A DNA stretch of 64,000 bases from an uncultured Gammaproteobacteria bacterium (GTDB taxonomy: Bacteria > Pseudomonadota > Gammaproteobacteria > Steroidobacterales > Steroidobacteraceae). Below the pieces are notes generated by a model. That model made no database searches. It saw nothing but the letters and a program-made list of their open reading frames with translations, and was not told the origin of the DNA. Location of the stretch: NCBI GenBank assembly GCA_963717335.1, contig CAVQVZ010000009.1, forward strand, positions 7,063 to 71,062. The letters run 5' to 3'. The position numbers and the translations under genes are program-made. This document shows positions 34,460-51,487 of the stretch, piece after piece (the first letter of the stretch is position 1; each line of letters begins with the position of its first letter).

Positions 34460-35422
34460 ATGGCCGAACCCCCGCGCCTCCTCGATCAGCTTCGTAACCA
34501 GGTCCGTCTTCGCCATTACAGCTATAAGACGGAGCAAGCGTACGTCGCATGGGTGCGTCGTTACATAGTCTTCCATAATCGCAGGCACCCAGCTTCGATG
34601 GGCGCTCGGGAAGTGGAGGGTTTCCTTTCCTACCTGGCCTCTGAGCGCAATGTGGCAGCGGCAACGCAGGCCCAGGCGCTGGCAGCCATTCTGTTCCTGT
34701 ACAAGGCCGTCCTAGGGACGGAATTGCCGTGGCTGGAGAACATCGTCAGGGCTACAAGACCGCGGCGCCTTCCGGTCGTACTCACCCCAACGGAAGCGCG
34801 CGCCGTCATCGGGCATATCGAGGGACCCCAGTGGCTGGTTGCTAACCTCTTATACGGCAGCGGCTTGCGGGTGCTCGAGGCACTGCGCCTGCGGGTAAAG
34901 GATGTCGACCTTCGGATCCAGCAATTGACGGTGCGGGATGGCAAGGGAGGCAAGGACCGAGTGACGATGGTGCCGGCCGCTCTGGTGGCACCCCTTACCG
35001 TACACCTGGCGCGGATCAGGGAACAGCACGAACTGGCCAAGGCCCGCGGATTTGGCGGCGTCGAATTGCCTTTTGCACTGGAACGAAAATATCCGCAGGC
35101 CCATCTCGAATGGGCGTGGCAGTATGTGTTTCCATCGGCGCAACCCTGCGCCGATCCGCGTTCTGGCGTTCGTCGCCGGCATCACTTGCGGGAAGCGACG
35201 GTGCAGCGGGCCGTACGTGCGGCGGCACGACGGGCGGGCATCATGCAGTCGGTCTCACCACACACCTTTCGCCATAGCTTTGCGACCCACCTTCTCGAGG
35301 CAGGCTATGACATCCGTACCGTCCAGGAGCTGCTCGGCCACAAGGATGTGTCAACGACGCAGATCTACACTCACGTCATGCAGAAGGGTGCGAATGCGGT
35401 GCGCAGCCCGCTGGACCGCTAA
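34460..35422 (+). CDS. intI: integron integrase (tyrosine recombinase IntI)
   Basis: ORF 34367..35422 trimmed to [11 protein letters not shown] (ATG 34460). Catalytic R ([10 protein letters not shown]), HxxR ([12 protein letters not shown]) and Y (TQIYTHV) are present, as is the integron-specific extra segment ...[39 protein letters not shown]... The frame is intact. Confidence 0.92.
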   Translation: MAEPPRLLDQLRNQVRLRHYSYKTEQAYVAWVRRYIVFHNRRHPASMGAREVEGFLSYLASERNVAAATQAQALAAILFLYKAVLGTELPWLENIVRATRPRRLPVVLTPTEARAVIGHIEGPQWLVANLLYGSGLRVLEALRLRVKDVDLRIQQLTVRDGKGGKDRVTMVPAALVAPLTVHLARIREQHELAKARGFGGVELPFALERKYPQAHLEWAWQYVFPSAQPCADPRSGVRRRHHLREATVQRAVRAAARRAGIMQSVSPHTFRHSFATHLLEAGYDIRTVQELLGHKDVSTTQIYTHVMQKGANAVRSPLDR

Positions 35423-35448
35423 CTACGTCCGCCAATTCGCCTGCAGGC

Positions 35449-37285
<1,837 letters not shown>

Positions 37286-37309
37286 GCTTCTGGCTCGCCT
37301 TAGGGTTGG

Positions 37310-38698
37310 CTATTTCTTACCGGGACGCTGCCAGTGATCGACAGTGCGCTGCGTGGAGCGCTCCAGGCTGAGCTTCCCTGCCGGCGCATCGTGCGTGATC
37401 GTCGAGCCGGCGCCGATCGTGGCCCCGGCACCTATCTTCACGGGCGCCACCAGCATCACGCCCGATCCGATAAAAGCCTGGTCACCGATGTCCGTGATCC
37501 ATTTGCTGGCGCCGTCGTAGTTGCAGGTGATGGTGCCGGCACCGAGGTTGACCCCGGCACCGACCATCGCATCTCCGATGTAGCTTAGGTGGTTCGCCTT
37601 GCTGCCGGTGCCGATCTCCGATTTCTTGACCTCGACGAAGTTGCCGATGTGCACGCCATCGTGAAGCGTGGACTCCGGGCGGATGCGGCTAAAGGGCCCG
37701 ATCTGGCAGGCATCGCCGATCTCGGCCCGCTCGATGACGCAGTTGGGCTTGATGTGGGTGCCGGCACCCGACCTTCACCTGGCTCAGCACGCAGTTGGCG
37801 CCGACCTGCACGCCATCGCCCAGCTGCACCGGCCCTTCGAGCAGCACGTTGACATCGAGCACCACGTCTCGACCGCAGCTGACCGCCCCGCGCACATCGA
37901 TCCGCTCCGGGTCGATCACCGTCACGCCCGCCAGCATCAGTTCGCGCGCGCGAATTCGCCGGTATTCGCTCTCCAGCCCGGCGAGCTGCAGCTTGTCGTT
38001 GACCCCCAGGACTTCGGCGCTGGTGGGGGCAATCAGCGGCATCACCTTGATCTTGTCCTTGGCGGCCATCTCGATGATGTCGGTGAGGTAGTACTCCTGC
38101 TGGGCATTGCGATTCTTGAATTTTCCCAGCCAGCGCTTGAGCAAGTGGGCCTGCGCGGCGAGCACGCCGGTATTGGCCTCGCGGATCTTCCGCTCCTGCG
38201 GCCGTGGCATCGTGCTGCTCGACGATCCGGCGCACCTGGCCCTTCGCATTGCGGATGATCCGTCCGTACCCGCTCGCATCGGGGAACTTCGCGGTCAGCA
38301 ATCCGATGCTTTTCGGTCCTGCCAGCTTGAGGAGCGCATCGCAACGTCTCGGTCCGGATCAGCGGCACGTCTCCATAGAGCACCAGCACCAGGTGATCAT
38401 CGGGCATGCCCGGCATGGCCTGCTGGACAGCGTGCCCGGTGCCGAGCTGCTTCGATTGCAGCACCCAGCGCAGGTTCTGCGCGCGCACGGCCGTCCGCAC
38501 GCGCTCACCGCCGTGGCCGTAGACGACATGGATGAGCGCAGGCTCGAGCGCCGTGGCCGCATCGAGCACGTGGGACAGAAGTGAGTGGCCGGCGAGTGGC
38601 TGCAGCACCTTCGGCAGGTCCGAGTGCATCCGCTTGCCCTTACCCGCCGCGAGGATCACTACGGACAGTGGCCGGGTTTTGGAGGGCTTTGCCGTCAT
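37310..38698 (-). pseudogene. glmU: bifunctional GlcNAc-1-P uridyltransferase/GlcN-1-P acetyltransferase, three frame breaks as sequenced
   Basis: [24 protein letters not shown]...[13 protein letters not shown] | [28 protein letters not shown]...IVEQHDAT | [14 protein letters not shown]...SQVKVG | [12 protein letters not shown]...LbH repeats...WQRPGKK. The breaks are near 38340-38350, 38200-38206 and 37763-37769. Confidence 0.9.
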
Positions 38699-38767
38699 GG
38701 AGGACAGACAATCTAACACAGCAGCCCAGCAGGAGCGCGGCGCCTCCAGCGGCTGCGCGAAGCTGAA

Positions 38768-39189
38768 CTAGCCCTTGAGCTTGCGCAGTTTCTGGATCAG
38801 CTTGAGCTGCGCGGCGGCGCGGATCAGCTCCGCCTGGGCCTCGGCCAAATCCATCTTGTCGACCTTGGCCGCCAGGGCTTCCTCGGCGCGCTGCCGCGCG
38901 GTGAGCGCTGCGGCCTCGTCCAGATCGGCAGCACGCGCCGCCGTGTCGGCCAGCACCGTCACCCGGGAAGGCTGCACCTCGAGCGCTCCGCCGCCGACGA
39001 AGAAAGATATCTCCGCGCCCTCCGGCGGCTGCACGCGCACTTCGCCGGCCTTGAGCAGCGCAAGGAGCGGTGCGTGCCGTGGGGCGACGCCGATCTCGCC
39101 CTCGGCCGCCGGCAGGAACACCATCTTTGCGGGACCTGAGAAGATCTCGCCCTCGGCGCTGACGATGTCGACGTGAATGGTCTGGCTCA

Positions 39190-39190
<1 letters not shown>
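38768..39190 (-). CDS. atpC: F1 ATP synthase epsilon subunit
   Basis: 140-aa ORF directly after atpD; MSQTIHVDIVSAEGEIFSG... Confidence 0.9.
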
Positions 39191-40617
<1,427 letters not shown>

Positions 40618-40638
40618 TCATAACTTGAAAATGTTTCG

Positions 40639-41499
40639 CTAAACCGCCGCCGCGCCGCCGACGATTTCCGCCAGCTCCTTGGTGATCGCCGCCTGCCGCG
40701 CCTTGTTGTAGACCAGCTGCAAGTCAGCGATCAGGTTGCCGGCATTGTCCGAGGCGCTCTTCATCGCGACCATGCGCGCGGCCATTTCGCAGGCCACGTT
40801 CTCCACCGAGCCCTGGTACACCTGCGATTCGATATAACGCATCAGCAGACCATCGAGAATCTGGATCGCCTCGGGCTCATAGATGTAGTCCCAATGCTCA
40901 GAGAGTTCGGATTGGTTGTGCGCCTGGGCCGGAAGCAGCTGCTGCACCAGGGGTCTTTGCGTCATCGTGTTGATGAACTGCGCATTGACCAGGAACAGCC
41001 GATCGATCGAGCCATCGCGATAGGCATCGAGCATCACTTTGACCGAGCCGATCAGATCCTTGATGTGCGGTCGATCCCCCAGTCCCGTGGCGCTGCCCAG
41101 AATCGGAAGCCCGAGGCGCCGGAAGAAGGCCAGGCCCTTGGTGCCCAGAATGCACAGCTTGATGGCCGCGCCTTTCTCCTGCCACTCGCGCATCAGGTGG
41201 ATGACGCTCTTAAACACGTTGGTATTGAGCCCACCGGCCAACCCGCGGTCGGTGGAGATGATGATGATGCCGACCGACTTCGGGTCGCGTGCGATCAGGA
41301 ACGGGTGACGGTAATCGGGATTGGCCTCGGTGAGATTGCCGATCACCGAGCGCATCTTGGCCGCGTAGGGCCGGGCCAGCTTCATGCGATCCTGGGCCCG
41401 GCGCATCTTGCTCGCCGCCACCATTTCCATGGCCTTGGTGATCTTCTGCGTGCTCTTCACGCTGGCGATCTTGCTGCGGATTTCCTTGGTGCCAGCCAT
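40639..41499 (-). CDS. atpG: F1 ATP synthase gamma subunit
   Basis: 286-aa ORF; [36 protein letters not shown]... Confidence 0.95.
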   Translation of the reverse strand: MAGTKEIRSKIASVKSTQKITKAMEMVAASKMRRAQDRMKLARPYAAKMRSVIGNLTEANPDYRHPFLIARDPKSVGIIIISTDRGLAGGLNTNVFKSVIHLMREWQEKGAAIKLCILGTKGLAFFRRLGLPILGSATGLGDRPHIKDLIGSVKVMLDAYRDGSIDRLFLVNAQFINTMTQRPLVQQLLPAQAHNQSELSEHWDYIYEPEAIQILDGLLMRYIESQVYQGSVENVACEMAARMVAMKSASDNAGNLIADLQLVYNKARQAAITKELAEIVGGAAAV

Positions 41500-41575
41500 G
41501 GCTCAGCCCCGCGCCCGCGCTGCTATGCGCCGCACGCTCAGTACCCAGTTGTAAATGCTCGGGGCTGGCACGGGT

Positions 41576-43114
<1,539 letters not shown>

Positions 43115-43155
43115 GAAAACGTTCCTCTTGCAAACTCTTGCTGTGGCGTTCGCCT

Positions 43156-43692
43156 TTAGTGTGCGATCGCGGCCGCCAGCTGCGTCAGTCCGGCGCGCAC
43201 GCTCCCGTCGATCACCAGATCATCGGCGCGCACCACGGCGCCCCCGAGGAGCGACGGATCGGTCTGGCAGCTCAAGTGCACTTCGCGTCCGAGGCGCTTC
43301 GCCAGCGCCGCCGCGTATTGGCTCTTCTGTTCCGCGCTCAATTCGATGGCCGAGGTGAGCGTGACCTCGACCGTGCGTTCGGCATCCGCCCGCAGCTGCT
43401 CATACCGTGCCGCGATCTCGGGCAGAAACCCCAGGCGCCGGTTGGCGGCCAGCGTGGCGATGAAGTTCCTTGCCTGTTCATCCAGGCGATCCCCGCCCAC
43501 CTCGCCGACCAGTCCGGCCAGTTGCGGAGCGGACACCGCCGGGTTGTTGAGGAGCGAGGCGACGCGCGCATCGCTCACCACGCTCGCGGCGACGCTCAGG
43601 GCTTCGGACCATTGAGCCAGGCGCTTCTGGCTTTGGGCCAGCTTGAATACGGCCTTGGCGTAGGGACGGGCGATGGTGATCCGTTCAGCCAT
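43156..43692 (-). CDS. atpH: F1 ATP synthase delta subunit
   Basis: ORF 43156..43764 trimmed to [16 protein letters not shown]... Confidence 0.9.
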   Translation of the reverse strand: MAERITIARPYAKAVFKLAQSQKRLAQWSEALSVAASVVSDARVASLLNNPAVSAPQLAGLVGEVGGDRLDEQARNFIATLAANRRLGFLPEIAARYEQLRADAERTVEVTLTSAIELSAEQKSQYAAALAKRLGREVHLSCQTDPSLLGGAVVRADDLVIDGSVRAGLTQLAAAIAH

Positions 43693-43699
43693 GATCGAT

Positions 43700-44170
43700 T
43701 CAGAGCCCCACGGCCAGCTTGTCGAGCAATTGCGCGTGGGCGCGCGGGTCGATCTCGCGCCCAATGATCTGCGCCGCGCCGCTCACCGCAAGGGAGGCGA
43801 CCTGGCCGCGCAATTCCTCGCGCGCCTTCTGGGTGTCGAGCGTAACTTGCGCCCGCGCGCTCTCGAGCAGGCGCGCCGCCTCGCTCTGCGCGGTCTGCTT
43901 CGCCGCCTCGATGATCTGATTGGCACGCGCCTGGGCCTGATTCTCCATGGCCAACGCCCGCTCTCGCGCGGCCTTGACCAGTTCCTCGGCACGGGATTCG
44001 GCTTCCACCAAATCCTTGCGGCCCTGCTCGGCGGCCGCCAGCCCTTCCGCAATGCGCTTGGTCCGCTCCTGGATGGAGCCCGTGATCTCGGGCCACAGAT
44101 ACTTCATCGATACCCATATCACCAGGGCAAAGATGCACATCTGCGCCAGAATCGTTGCATTCAGATTCAC
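43700..44170 (-). CDS. atpF: Fo ATP synthase subunit b
   Basis: 156-aa ORF with an N-terminal TM helix and a long charged helix. Confidence 0.9.
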   Translation of the reverse strand: MNLNATILAQMCIFALVIWVSMKYLWPEITGSIQERTKRIAEGLAAAEQGRKDLVEAESRAEELVKAARERALAMENQAQARANQIIEAAKQTAQSEAARLLESARAQVTLDTQKAREELRGQVASLAVSGAAQIIGREIDPRAHAQLLDKLAVGL

Positions 44171-44202
44171 GCTGCGTACCTCGCGGCTATCTTAAGGACG
44201 GC

Positions 44203-44484
<282 letters not shown>

Positions 44485-44515
44485 TTAGAAACGAAACCCG
44501 GATACCCTTACAAAA

Positions 44516-45376
<861 letters not shown>

Positions 45377-45405
45377 CTACCTATATATAAGTCCCGACCC
45401 AACGC

Positions 45406-45756
45406 TCACGCCCCGCGCGTGCCCACCGTCCGCCAAAGCGCGAACCAGTACGCGACGAAGGTCGCCACGTACCCCGCAAACAGCGGGCCCGCTGCAAGGT
45501 GCCGTCCCCGCAGGGCGAGGACGAAAAGCAGCACCGTCAAAGCAATCTTTATCGCTTCACCGCGATAAAAGCCGCGCGCAATCGCCGGCGCATCCCCGGC
45601 CGCGCTGCGCCGAAATCCGCTGGCCACCTGCGCCAGACTGGCCAGGGCCCCGATGCCCCCGCCGACCGCGGCGGCGATCGCCGCCGGCGCGCCTAGCCAG
45701 AGTGCGCATATCAGCGCGACGATCCCGGCGATCGCCACTTGGCCGACCACCAGCAT
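45406..45756 (-). CDS. atpI: ATP synthase protein I
   Basis: 116-aa hydrophobic ORF at the head of the atp operon. Confidence 0.75.
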   Translation of the reverse strand: MLVVGQVAIAGIVALICALWLGAPAAIAAAVGGGIGALASLAQVASGFRRSAAGDAPAIARGFYRGEAIKIALTVLLFVLALRGRHLAAGPLFAGYVATFVAYWFALWRTVGTRGA

Positions 45757-45924
45757 CAGCGCCTGGCGGCGGGCGAGCGCAAAACTGTATTGCGTCAGCG
45801 GAATCCCTATGGCTCAGGACGCGACCTTAGCCCCCATCGCGAAGGCGGCGCATTATAGGGAGGACGCTACCGGGCTTCAACGCTTTTAATGCGTTGCAAA
45901 AGGGCCGCGAGGTCGCGCCGTACC

Positions 45925-46845
45925 CTACTGAATATGCGACAGAATCCCGTCCAATTCATCGAGGCTGTTGTAGGCCACGACCAGCTTCCCGCGACCGGCG
46001 CTGGTGTGCTGGATCTGCACCTGAGCCCCGAGCTTGTCCGCCAGCTCGCTTTCCAGCCGGGTGACATTGGGATCGCGAGCGCCCAGCCCTGTCCCGTTGT
46101 CCTCGGACTTGCGGCGTTCGGGGTTATTGAGCCGCCGAACCAGCGCCTCGGTTTCCCGGACAGATAGACCCTTTTTCACGACCAATAGCGCCAGTTCGGT
46201 CTGTTTTCGATGATTTTCGAGGCCAAGTAGCGCCCGGGCATGGCCCATGTCCAGCTCGCGGCGTTCCACCAACCGGCCCACTTCCGGCGCCAGGTCGATC
46301 AATCGCAGCAGGTTGGTCACCGACACGCGCGAGCGGCCCACGGCGTCGGCCACCTGCTGGTGCGTCAGGCCGAATTCCCCGATCAGCCGCTCGAACGCCC
46401 GGGCTTCCTCTAGGGGATTGAGGTCCTCGCGCTGGATGTTCTCGATGAGCGCCATGGCCACCGCGGCCTCATCGGGGACTTCCCGGATGATCGCCGGGAT
46501 CTCGCTCAGGCCCGCCAGTTGCGCGGCCCGCCAGCGCCGTTCGCCGGCGATGATTTCATAGCGCTGCTCGGCACCGGCCCCGCCCACCGGCCTCACAACG
46601 ATGGGTTGGATGACCCCCTGCTGGCGGATGGACTCCGCCAGTTCATTCAAGGTATCCGTGCGCAGGTCCGTGCGCGGCTGGTAACGCCCCCGCTGCAGCA
46701 GTTCGACGGGCAGGCGCGCCAGTTGCTCACCCACACTCCCCGTCCCGCTCGCCGTCCCGCTCGGGGCCAGGGCGGGCGGATGGGGGCGCGCCTGGCCCAG
46801 CAAGTCCGCCAGTCCACGGCCCAGGGTCGCCTTTTTCTGAGTCAT
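45925..46845 (-). CDS. parB: chromosome partitioning protein ParB
   Basis: 306-aa ORF; ...LGRGLADLL...[15 protein letters not shown]...[15 protein letters not shown]... Confidence 0.93.
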   Translation of the reverse strand: MTQKKATLGRGLADLLGQARPHPPALAPSGTASGTGSVGEQLARLPVELLQRGRYQPRTDLRTDTLNELAESIRQQGVIQPIVVRPVGGAGAEQRYEIIAGERRWRAAQLAGLSEIPAIIREVPDEAAVAMALIENIQREDLNPLEEARAFERLIGEFGLTHQQVADAVGRSRVSVTNLLRLIDLAPEVGRLVERRELDMGHARALLGLENHRKQTELALLVVKKGLSVRETEALVRRLNNPERRKSEDNGTGLGARDPNVTRLESELADKLGAQVQIQHTSAGRGKLVVAYNSLDELDGILSHIQ

Positions 46846-47633
46846 GTCGCCACTCCCGCCTGCACCACATCGTCCCTTCGCAGCATTTCTCCGGCGAGCG
46901 CCAGGTAGGCCAGTGCGCCGCGGGAGTCCTTGTCGTGCAGGATCGCCGGCCGGCCGAAGGAGGGCGCCTCGGCCAGGCGCACGTTGCGCGGCACCACGGT
47001 GCGGAAGACCTTGTCGCCGAAATGTTCCAGCAACTGCCCGCCGACTTCGAGCGCAAGGTTATTGCGCGGGTCGTACATGGTGCGCAATATCCCCTCGATC
47101 TCCAGTTGCGGATTGGCCGCATCGCGGATCTGCTCGATGGTGGACACCAAAGCCGAGAGTCCCTCGAGCGCGTAGAACTCGCACTGCATCGGAATCAGCA
47201 CGCTGTCGGCCGCGATCAGGGCGTTGACGGTCAGGATGTTGAGCGAGGGCGGGCAATCGATGAAGATCACATCGAACCCGGTGCGAAGCGGGGCGAGCGC
47301 TTCCTTGAGACGCTGCTCGCGGCCCGCCGGCAGCGCCAGCAACCTCACCTCCGCCGCGGTCAGATCCTGGTTGGCCGGCAGCAGCGCCATCGTCAGGCCC
47401 TCGGGGCGAATAATGGCCTCGGCGGCGCTGCATTCGCCCAGCAGCACCTCGAGCGTGCCGCGCGTGAGCGAGGACTTGTCCACGCCACATCCGGTGGTGG
47501 CGTTGCCTTGGGGATCTAGGTCCACGAGCAGCACTTCACGGCGGGTGGCCGCGAGCGAGGCGGCGAGATTGACCGCGGTGGTCGTCTTGCCGACGCCCCC
47601 TTTCTGATTGGCCACTGCGATAACGCGCTTCAT
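46842..47633 (-). CDS. parA: chromosome partitioning ATPase ParA/Soj
   Basis: 263-aa ORF with deviant Walker [11 protein letters not shown]. It overlaps the parB start by 4 nt. Confidence 0.93.
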   Translation of the reverse strand: MKRVIAVANQKGGVGKTTTAVNLAASLAATRREVLLVDLDPQGNATTGCGVDKSSLTRGTLEVLLGECSAAEAIIRPEGLTMALLPANQDLTAAEVRLLALPAGREQRLKEALAPLRTGFDVIFIDCPPSLNILTVNALIAADSVLIPMQCEFYALEGLSALVSTIEQIRDAANPQLEIEGILRTMYDPRNNLALEVGGQLLEHFGDKVFRTVVPRNVRLAEAPSFGRPAILHDKDSRGALAYLALAGEMLRRDDVVQAGVAT

Positions 47634-47654
47634 GGACCTTAAGTGTAGGTCAGC

Positions 47655-48323
47655 TCAGGGGCTGGCGGGAGAACTTGGAGCCTCCCCGGCATCGGGGCGG
47701 GCGACCAGGGTCACCAGGCACCGCTCCGCATCGAGGCCGGGCACGCGAAGTTCGCGCACACCGAACAGTTCCCAATCGGCGGGGATCGAGGCGAGCTCGG
47801 CCTCGGGGCGCTTTCCCTTGAGCGCCAGAAGGCGCGTGCCCGGACGGCTCAGGGGCCGCGCCAGGACCGCAAGCTTTGGGAGCGGCGCCACGGCGCGTGC
47901 GAGGATCGTATCGAAGGCCCGCTCAGGGACCATCGATTCGGCGCGGGCCTGAACGGCCTCAACGTTAGTAAGCTTAAGGGCGCGCGCCGCATGGGCAACG
48001 AAGCGGACTTTCTTCGCGGTGGCGTCGATCAGCGTGAAATGCCGTCGCGGGTTGGCGATGGCGAGCGGCAATCCGGGAAACCCTGCGCCGGTCCCCAGAT
48101 CCGCGATGCGCTCTCCGGCCAGATCAGCGCTCACGGCAAGGCTGTCGAGCAGATGCGTGGCCACCATCGCGTCACGATCTTCGATGCCGGTCAGATTGTA
48201 GGCGCGGTTCCAGAGCTCAAGCTCATCGAGCAATCGCAGGAGCCTCGCCGCCATCGCGTCGTCCAGCGGCACACCGAGCTGCAGCGCACCGCCGCGCAGG
48301 TCTGGGGCCGAGGGGGTCTGCAT
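47655..48323 (-). CDS. rsmG: 16S rRNA (guanine527-N7)-methyltransferase
   Basis: ORF 47655..48368 trimmed to MQTPSAPDL...; ...WNRAYNLTGI...DLGTGAGFPGLPLAI... Confidence 0.88.
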   Translation of the reverse strand: MQTPSAPDLRGGALQLGVPLDDAMAARLLRLLDELELWNRAYNLTGIEDRDAMVATHLLDSLAVSADLAGERIADLGTGAGFPGLPLAIANPRRHFTLIDATAKKVRFVAHAARALKLTNVEAVQARAESMVPERAFDTILARAVAPLPKLAVLARPLSRPGTRLLALKGKRPEAELASIPADWELFGVRELRVPGLDAERCLVTLVARPDAGEAPSSPASP

Positions 48324-48387
48324 GGGTTGCCTTGTGCGCCGCTGCAGGCACAATACCCGCACTTCCATTCGAGGAACGATATCAAGG

Positions 48388-50205
48388 ATGCGCCAACTGA
48401 ACTACGCACGCGCCGTGGCGCCCTGGCTCGGCCCGTGCTTGGCGCTCTTTTGCGCTCCGCTTTGGGCCGGGCGCAGCGTGCAGGATGGCGTACTGAAGGA
48501 CGGCGTGCCCCCGACAGGGGCTGGGATCGGCGCCGGATTGCAGCAGTACCAAAGCGGGAGCGAAGCGCGGCTCCTGGACTGGACCGGCGATGGCGCCCTG
48601 CTGGTGGCCGTGCACGAGGCCGGGCAGGATCAGATGCGCAAAATCACCGGCGCCCCTCCGCAGACCGAATCGCAGGCGCTGGGGGTGCCCACGGGTTCGG
48701 TGCGTTTTGCGACGGCGCGATCCCTTCAAAATGACCAGGTGGCCTATCTCGGTGTCGCGCCCGGCGCCGAGGGCGCCGAGGGTGCGGCCCTCGCCCTTCG
48801 TCCACTTTCAGAGGGTGACAGCAAAATACTAATGCGGCCCGAGGCGCATCCGGGCGCGCCCGTGTGGGCGCATGACGGGCGGCGCCTGGCCTTTACCGCC
48901 ACGCTCCGGGATGGCAAGAGCACGGACCTGTACGTGCTCGACACCGCCGATTCCTCCGGCCCGCGCCTGGTGGCGAGCGGCAATGCCGACGCACGGAAGG
49001 TGCTGGCCTGGACCAGCGCGGATCGCTCGCTCCTGGTTCGTCATACGGTAACCGGCATCGGCGATGAACTGCTCCTGGTCGACATTGACTCGGGCGCCGC
49101 CCGGCGCGTGGACGCGGCGGCCGCAGGCGCGAGCGCGTACGCTCATATCGGCGAGGCCAGGCTCTCCAAGGATGATCGCGGCGTGTACTTCCTCAGCGAG
49201 TCGGCCGGCGCGCGTCGCGCGCTGCGCTACCTCGATCTGTACGACAGCCGCGCGGTGGAGCTCAGCGCGCCACTCGGCCATGAGGTCGAGCATTTCGATG
49301 TCGGTCCGGACAATCGCTCGATCGCCATCAGCTGGACCGAATTCGGCTACAGCCGCCTTGCGCTGCTGGACCGGGTCACCGGCGGAGTGAGCGTCGTCCC
49401 GAGCCTGCCGCCCGGAGCGGTGAGCGCGCTGCGCTTTGATCACGGTGGCTCGCACCTCGCCGTGGAACTGACCGCCAGCACCGCGCCGAGCGATGTGTAC
49501 GTGTGCGAGCTCGGGGCGAAGGCCTGCGCTCGCTGGACCGAAAGCAAGCTCGGGCAATACACCGCCGAGCGCCTGATCGCGCCGCAGACGGTGCGATTTC
49601 CGACCTGGGACCGACCCAGCGGCAGTGGCAGCGCACTGACCGCACTGCTCTATCGGCCCCGGAGTGCGGGGCCCTATCCAGTGTTGATCCTGCTCAACGC
49701 TGGAGGCATGGCGCCGAGCGCGAAGCTTGATGCCTTCGTGCAGTACTGCGTCAACGAACTGAAGGTGGCGGTGATCGCCCCGGGACTCAGGGACGGAGAG
49801 GCGGGGGTTGTGGACCTGGGGGCAGTCCTGGCCTGGCTCGGCGCGCAGCCCGACCTGCGCGGCGATCGGATCATGGTGCAGGGAACCGGGGCGGGTGGAA
49901 CGCTGGCCCTGACCGGACTTGGACTGTACGGCGATCGCCTGCGCGCCGCGGTCAGTATCGACGGGATGGCCTCAGGCCCTCAGGTCATGCGGATTCGCAA
50001 GCCCGTGCTGCTGGTGCGCGGTTACAGCACTCCGGCGCTGGATGCCGCCTCGGCCGAACAGCTCCTGTGGCGGTTGCGCTCCCAGAAACTCGACAGCTGG
50101 TTCGTGGCTCCGCGCGACCGGCGCGAACGGCTCACGAGCGAGAGCGAGCAGCAAAGCGCGCAGGGCGTGATTGCTCAGTTTATCGCCGCGCAGCTCGGCA
50201 CCTAG
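48388..50205 (+). CDS. secreted beta-propeller + S9 (prolyl-oligopeptidase/alpha-beta hydrolase)-like protein lacking the nucleophile motif
   Basis: ORF 48322..50205 trimmed to MRQLNYARAVAPWLGPCLALFCAPLWA (aagga 4 nt upstream). TolB-like repeats are followed by ...IMVQGTGAGGTLAL... where GxSxG is expected. Confidence 0.7.
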   Translation: MRQLNYARAVAPWLGPCLALFCAPLWAGRSVQDGVLKDGVPPTGAGIGAGLQQYQSGSEARLLDWTGDGALLVAVHEAGQDQMRKITGAPPQTESQALGVPTGSVRFATARSLQNDQVAYLGVAPGAEGAEGAALALRPLSEGDSKILMRPEAHPGAPVWAHDGRRLAFTATLRDGKSTDLYVLDTADSSGPRLVASGNADARKVLAWTSADRSLLVRHTVTGIGDELLLVDIDSGAARRVDAAAAGASAYAHIGEARLSKDDRGVYFLSESAGARRALRYLDLYDSRAVELSAPLGHEVEHFDVGPDNRSIAISWTEFGYSRLALLDRVTGGVSVVPSLPPGAVSALRFDHGGSHLAVELTASTAPSDVYVCELGAKACARWTESKLGQYTAERLIAPQTVRFPTWDRPSGSGSALTALLYRPRSAGPYPVLILLNAGGMAPSAKLDAFVQYCVNELKVAVIAPGLRDGEAGVVDLGAVLAWLGAQPDLRGDRIMVQGTGAGGTLALTGLGLYGDRLRAAVSIDGMASGPQVMRIRKPVLLVRGYSTPALDAASAEQLLWRLRSQKLDSWFVAPRDRRERLTSESEQQSAQGVIAQFIAAQLGT

Positions 50206-50234
50206 CCGGGCGCGCTTCTGCTGAAGGTAAAGTC

Positions 50235-50855
50235 CTATCTCCAGCTGCGGCGCAGCACGGTTTCCAGTTGCGGTCGCTGCGCGCCGTAGAAATCAGCGAT
50301 GGCCTTGATATCGGCGGCCGAGAGCTGCACCACGAAGGACTGCATGATGGCGTTCTTCCGATCGCCCTTCTGGTACTCCACCAGCGCGCGGGCCAGGTAA
50401 TCGCCGTGCTGTCCGGCCAGAGTCGGATATTCCCCCATGAGCCCCACGCCATTTGACCCGTGGCAGGCCGAGCACAGCGCGGTCACCTTGGCGGGAGCTG
50501 TGCCGACCGTCGCGGCACTGGCGGGCAACGCCTGCCTGGACAGGTACGCGGCGAGATCTTCCATGTCCTGATCGCTCAGGGAACTGGCCTGCGCATACAT
50601 CGTGCCGTGCGAGCGTTGCTTGCTGCGGTAGGCCTTGAGCGCCGATACGATGTATTCGGGATGTTGTCCGACCAGCTTCGGCACGCTGTAGGTCGGGTAC
50701 ACGTTCTTGTAGTTTTCGATGCCATGGCAGCCTAAGCAGGTGTAGCCGATCTGCTTGCCGCGCTGCGCGTCCCCGGCGGCCTGCCCAGGACCTGCGATCG
50801 CCAACGCGAGCGCGAAACACGCGACCCTGACCCAGCAACGCAACGTGGAAGGCAT
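50235..50855 (-). CDS. dihaem cytochrome c4
   Basis: ORF 50235..51329 trimmed to [26 protein letters not shown]. Two CxxCH motifs (CLGCH, CSACH). Confidence 0.88.
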   Translation of the reverse strand: MPSTLRCWVRVACFALALAIAGPGQAAGDAQRGKQIGYTCLGCHGIENYKNVYPTYSVPKLVGQHPEYIVSALKAYRSKQRSHGTMYAQASSLSDQDMEDLAAYLSRQALPASAATVGTAPAKVTALCSACHGSNGVGLMGEYPTLAGQHGDYLARALVEYQKGDRKNAIMQSFVVQLSAADIKAIADFYGAQRPQLETVLRRSWR

Positions 50856-50939
50856 AATCGAACTCCGGAGCAGCAGAGGGCACGCAAGGCCGTAAAATGG
50901 CGGCAAAGTGTACGGACTCAGCCCCGGATTTGCCACTGC

Positions 50940-51389
50940 ATGATTGCCCTGATCCAGCGCGTAACGACAGCCCGCGTGCTCATCGATGGGCGCACGTGCG
51001 CTGAGATCGGCGCCGGAGTGCTCGCGCTGATTGGAGTGGAGCGAGATGATGATGCGGCAAGAAGTGCCCGGTTGCTGGAACGGCTCCTCGAGTTTCGCGT
51101 GTTTGCCGATCCGGCCGGGCGAATGAACCTGTCGCTGCGCGATGTAAACGGAGGACTGCTCCTGGTGCCCCAGTTCACCCTGGCCGCCGATACCCGTTCC
51201 GGAAACCGTCCCGGCTTTTCGACCGCCGCCGCCCCGGAAACGGCGCGGACGCTGTTCGAAGAATTCCTCGCCGCGGCCCGCGCGGCGTATCCGAGCGTGG
51301 CCAGCGGTGAGTTTGGCGCCCACATGCAAGTGTCCCTAACCAACGACGGACCGGTCACTTTCTGGCTCCAGGTGCCCCCCAAAGCGTGA
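50940..51389 (+). CDS. dtd: D-aminoacyl-tRNA deacylase
   Basis: 149-aa ORF; MIALIQRV...SQFTL-like [10 protein letters not shown]...NDGPVTFWL... Confidence 0.92.
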   Translation: MIALIQRVTTARVLIDGRTCAEIGAGVLALIGVERDDDAARSARLLERLLEFRVFADPAGRMNLSLRDVNGGLLLVPQFTLAADTRSGNRPGFSTAAAPETARTLFEEFLAAARAAYPSVASGEFGAHMQVSLTNDGPVTFWLQVPPKA

Positions 51390-51487
51390 ACCGGGCATCA
51401 GTGTCGGAACAGCCCTGCTACGGCTGGAGCTGAAGTTCGCCTATTATTGAGTGCCGGACCTCTACGGCTCGATCCCTGGAGAACGCT

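Larger units (their letters stand above)
17610..35422 (-). mobile_element. chromosomal integron: intI, attI and array of about 32 cassettes with recognisable attC sites
   Basis: intI is divergent from an array of short minus-strand ORFs, each followed by an 80-122 bp imperfect palindrome with RYYYAAC...GTTRRRY ends. Confidence 0.9.

Noticed and set aside
35423-35448. A Tn7-like transposon inserted at attTn7 downstream of glmS.
   Set aside because: There are no tnsABCDE-like ORFs or recognisable terminal repeat arrays in the window. Only the positional coincidence is reported as a finding.
45757-48387. parS or oriC (DnaA-box cluster) near parAB-rsmG.
   Set aside because: I found no TGTTNCACGTGAAACA-like 16-mer or cluster of TTATCCACA boxes by eye. 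mnmG is absent, and the intergenic regions are short.
50856-51329. A 5' extension of the cytochrome c4 ORF to 364 aa (50235..51329).
   Set aside because: The upstream 158 codons are antisense to dtd and lack a signal peptide. [19 protein letters not shown]... at 50855 gives a normal signal sequence.
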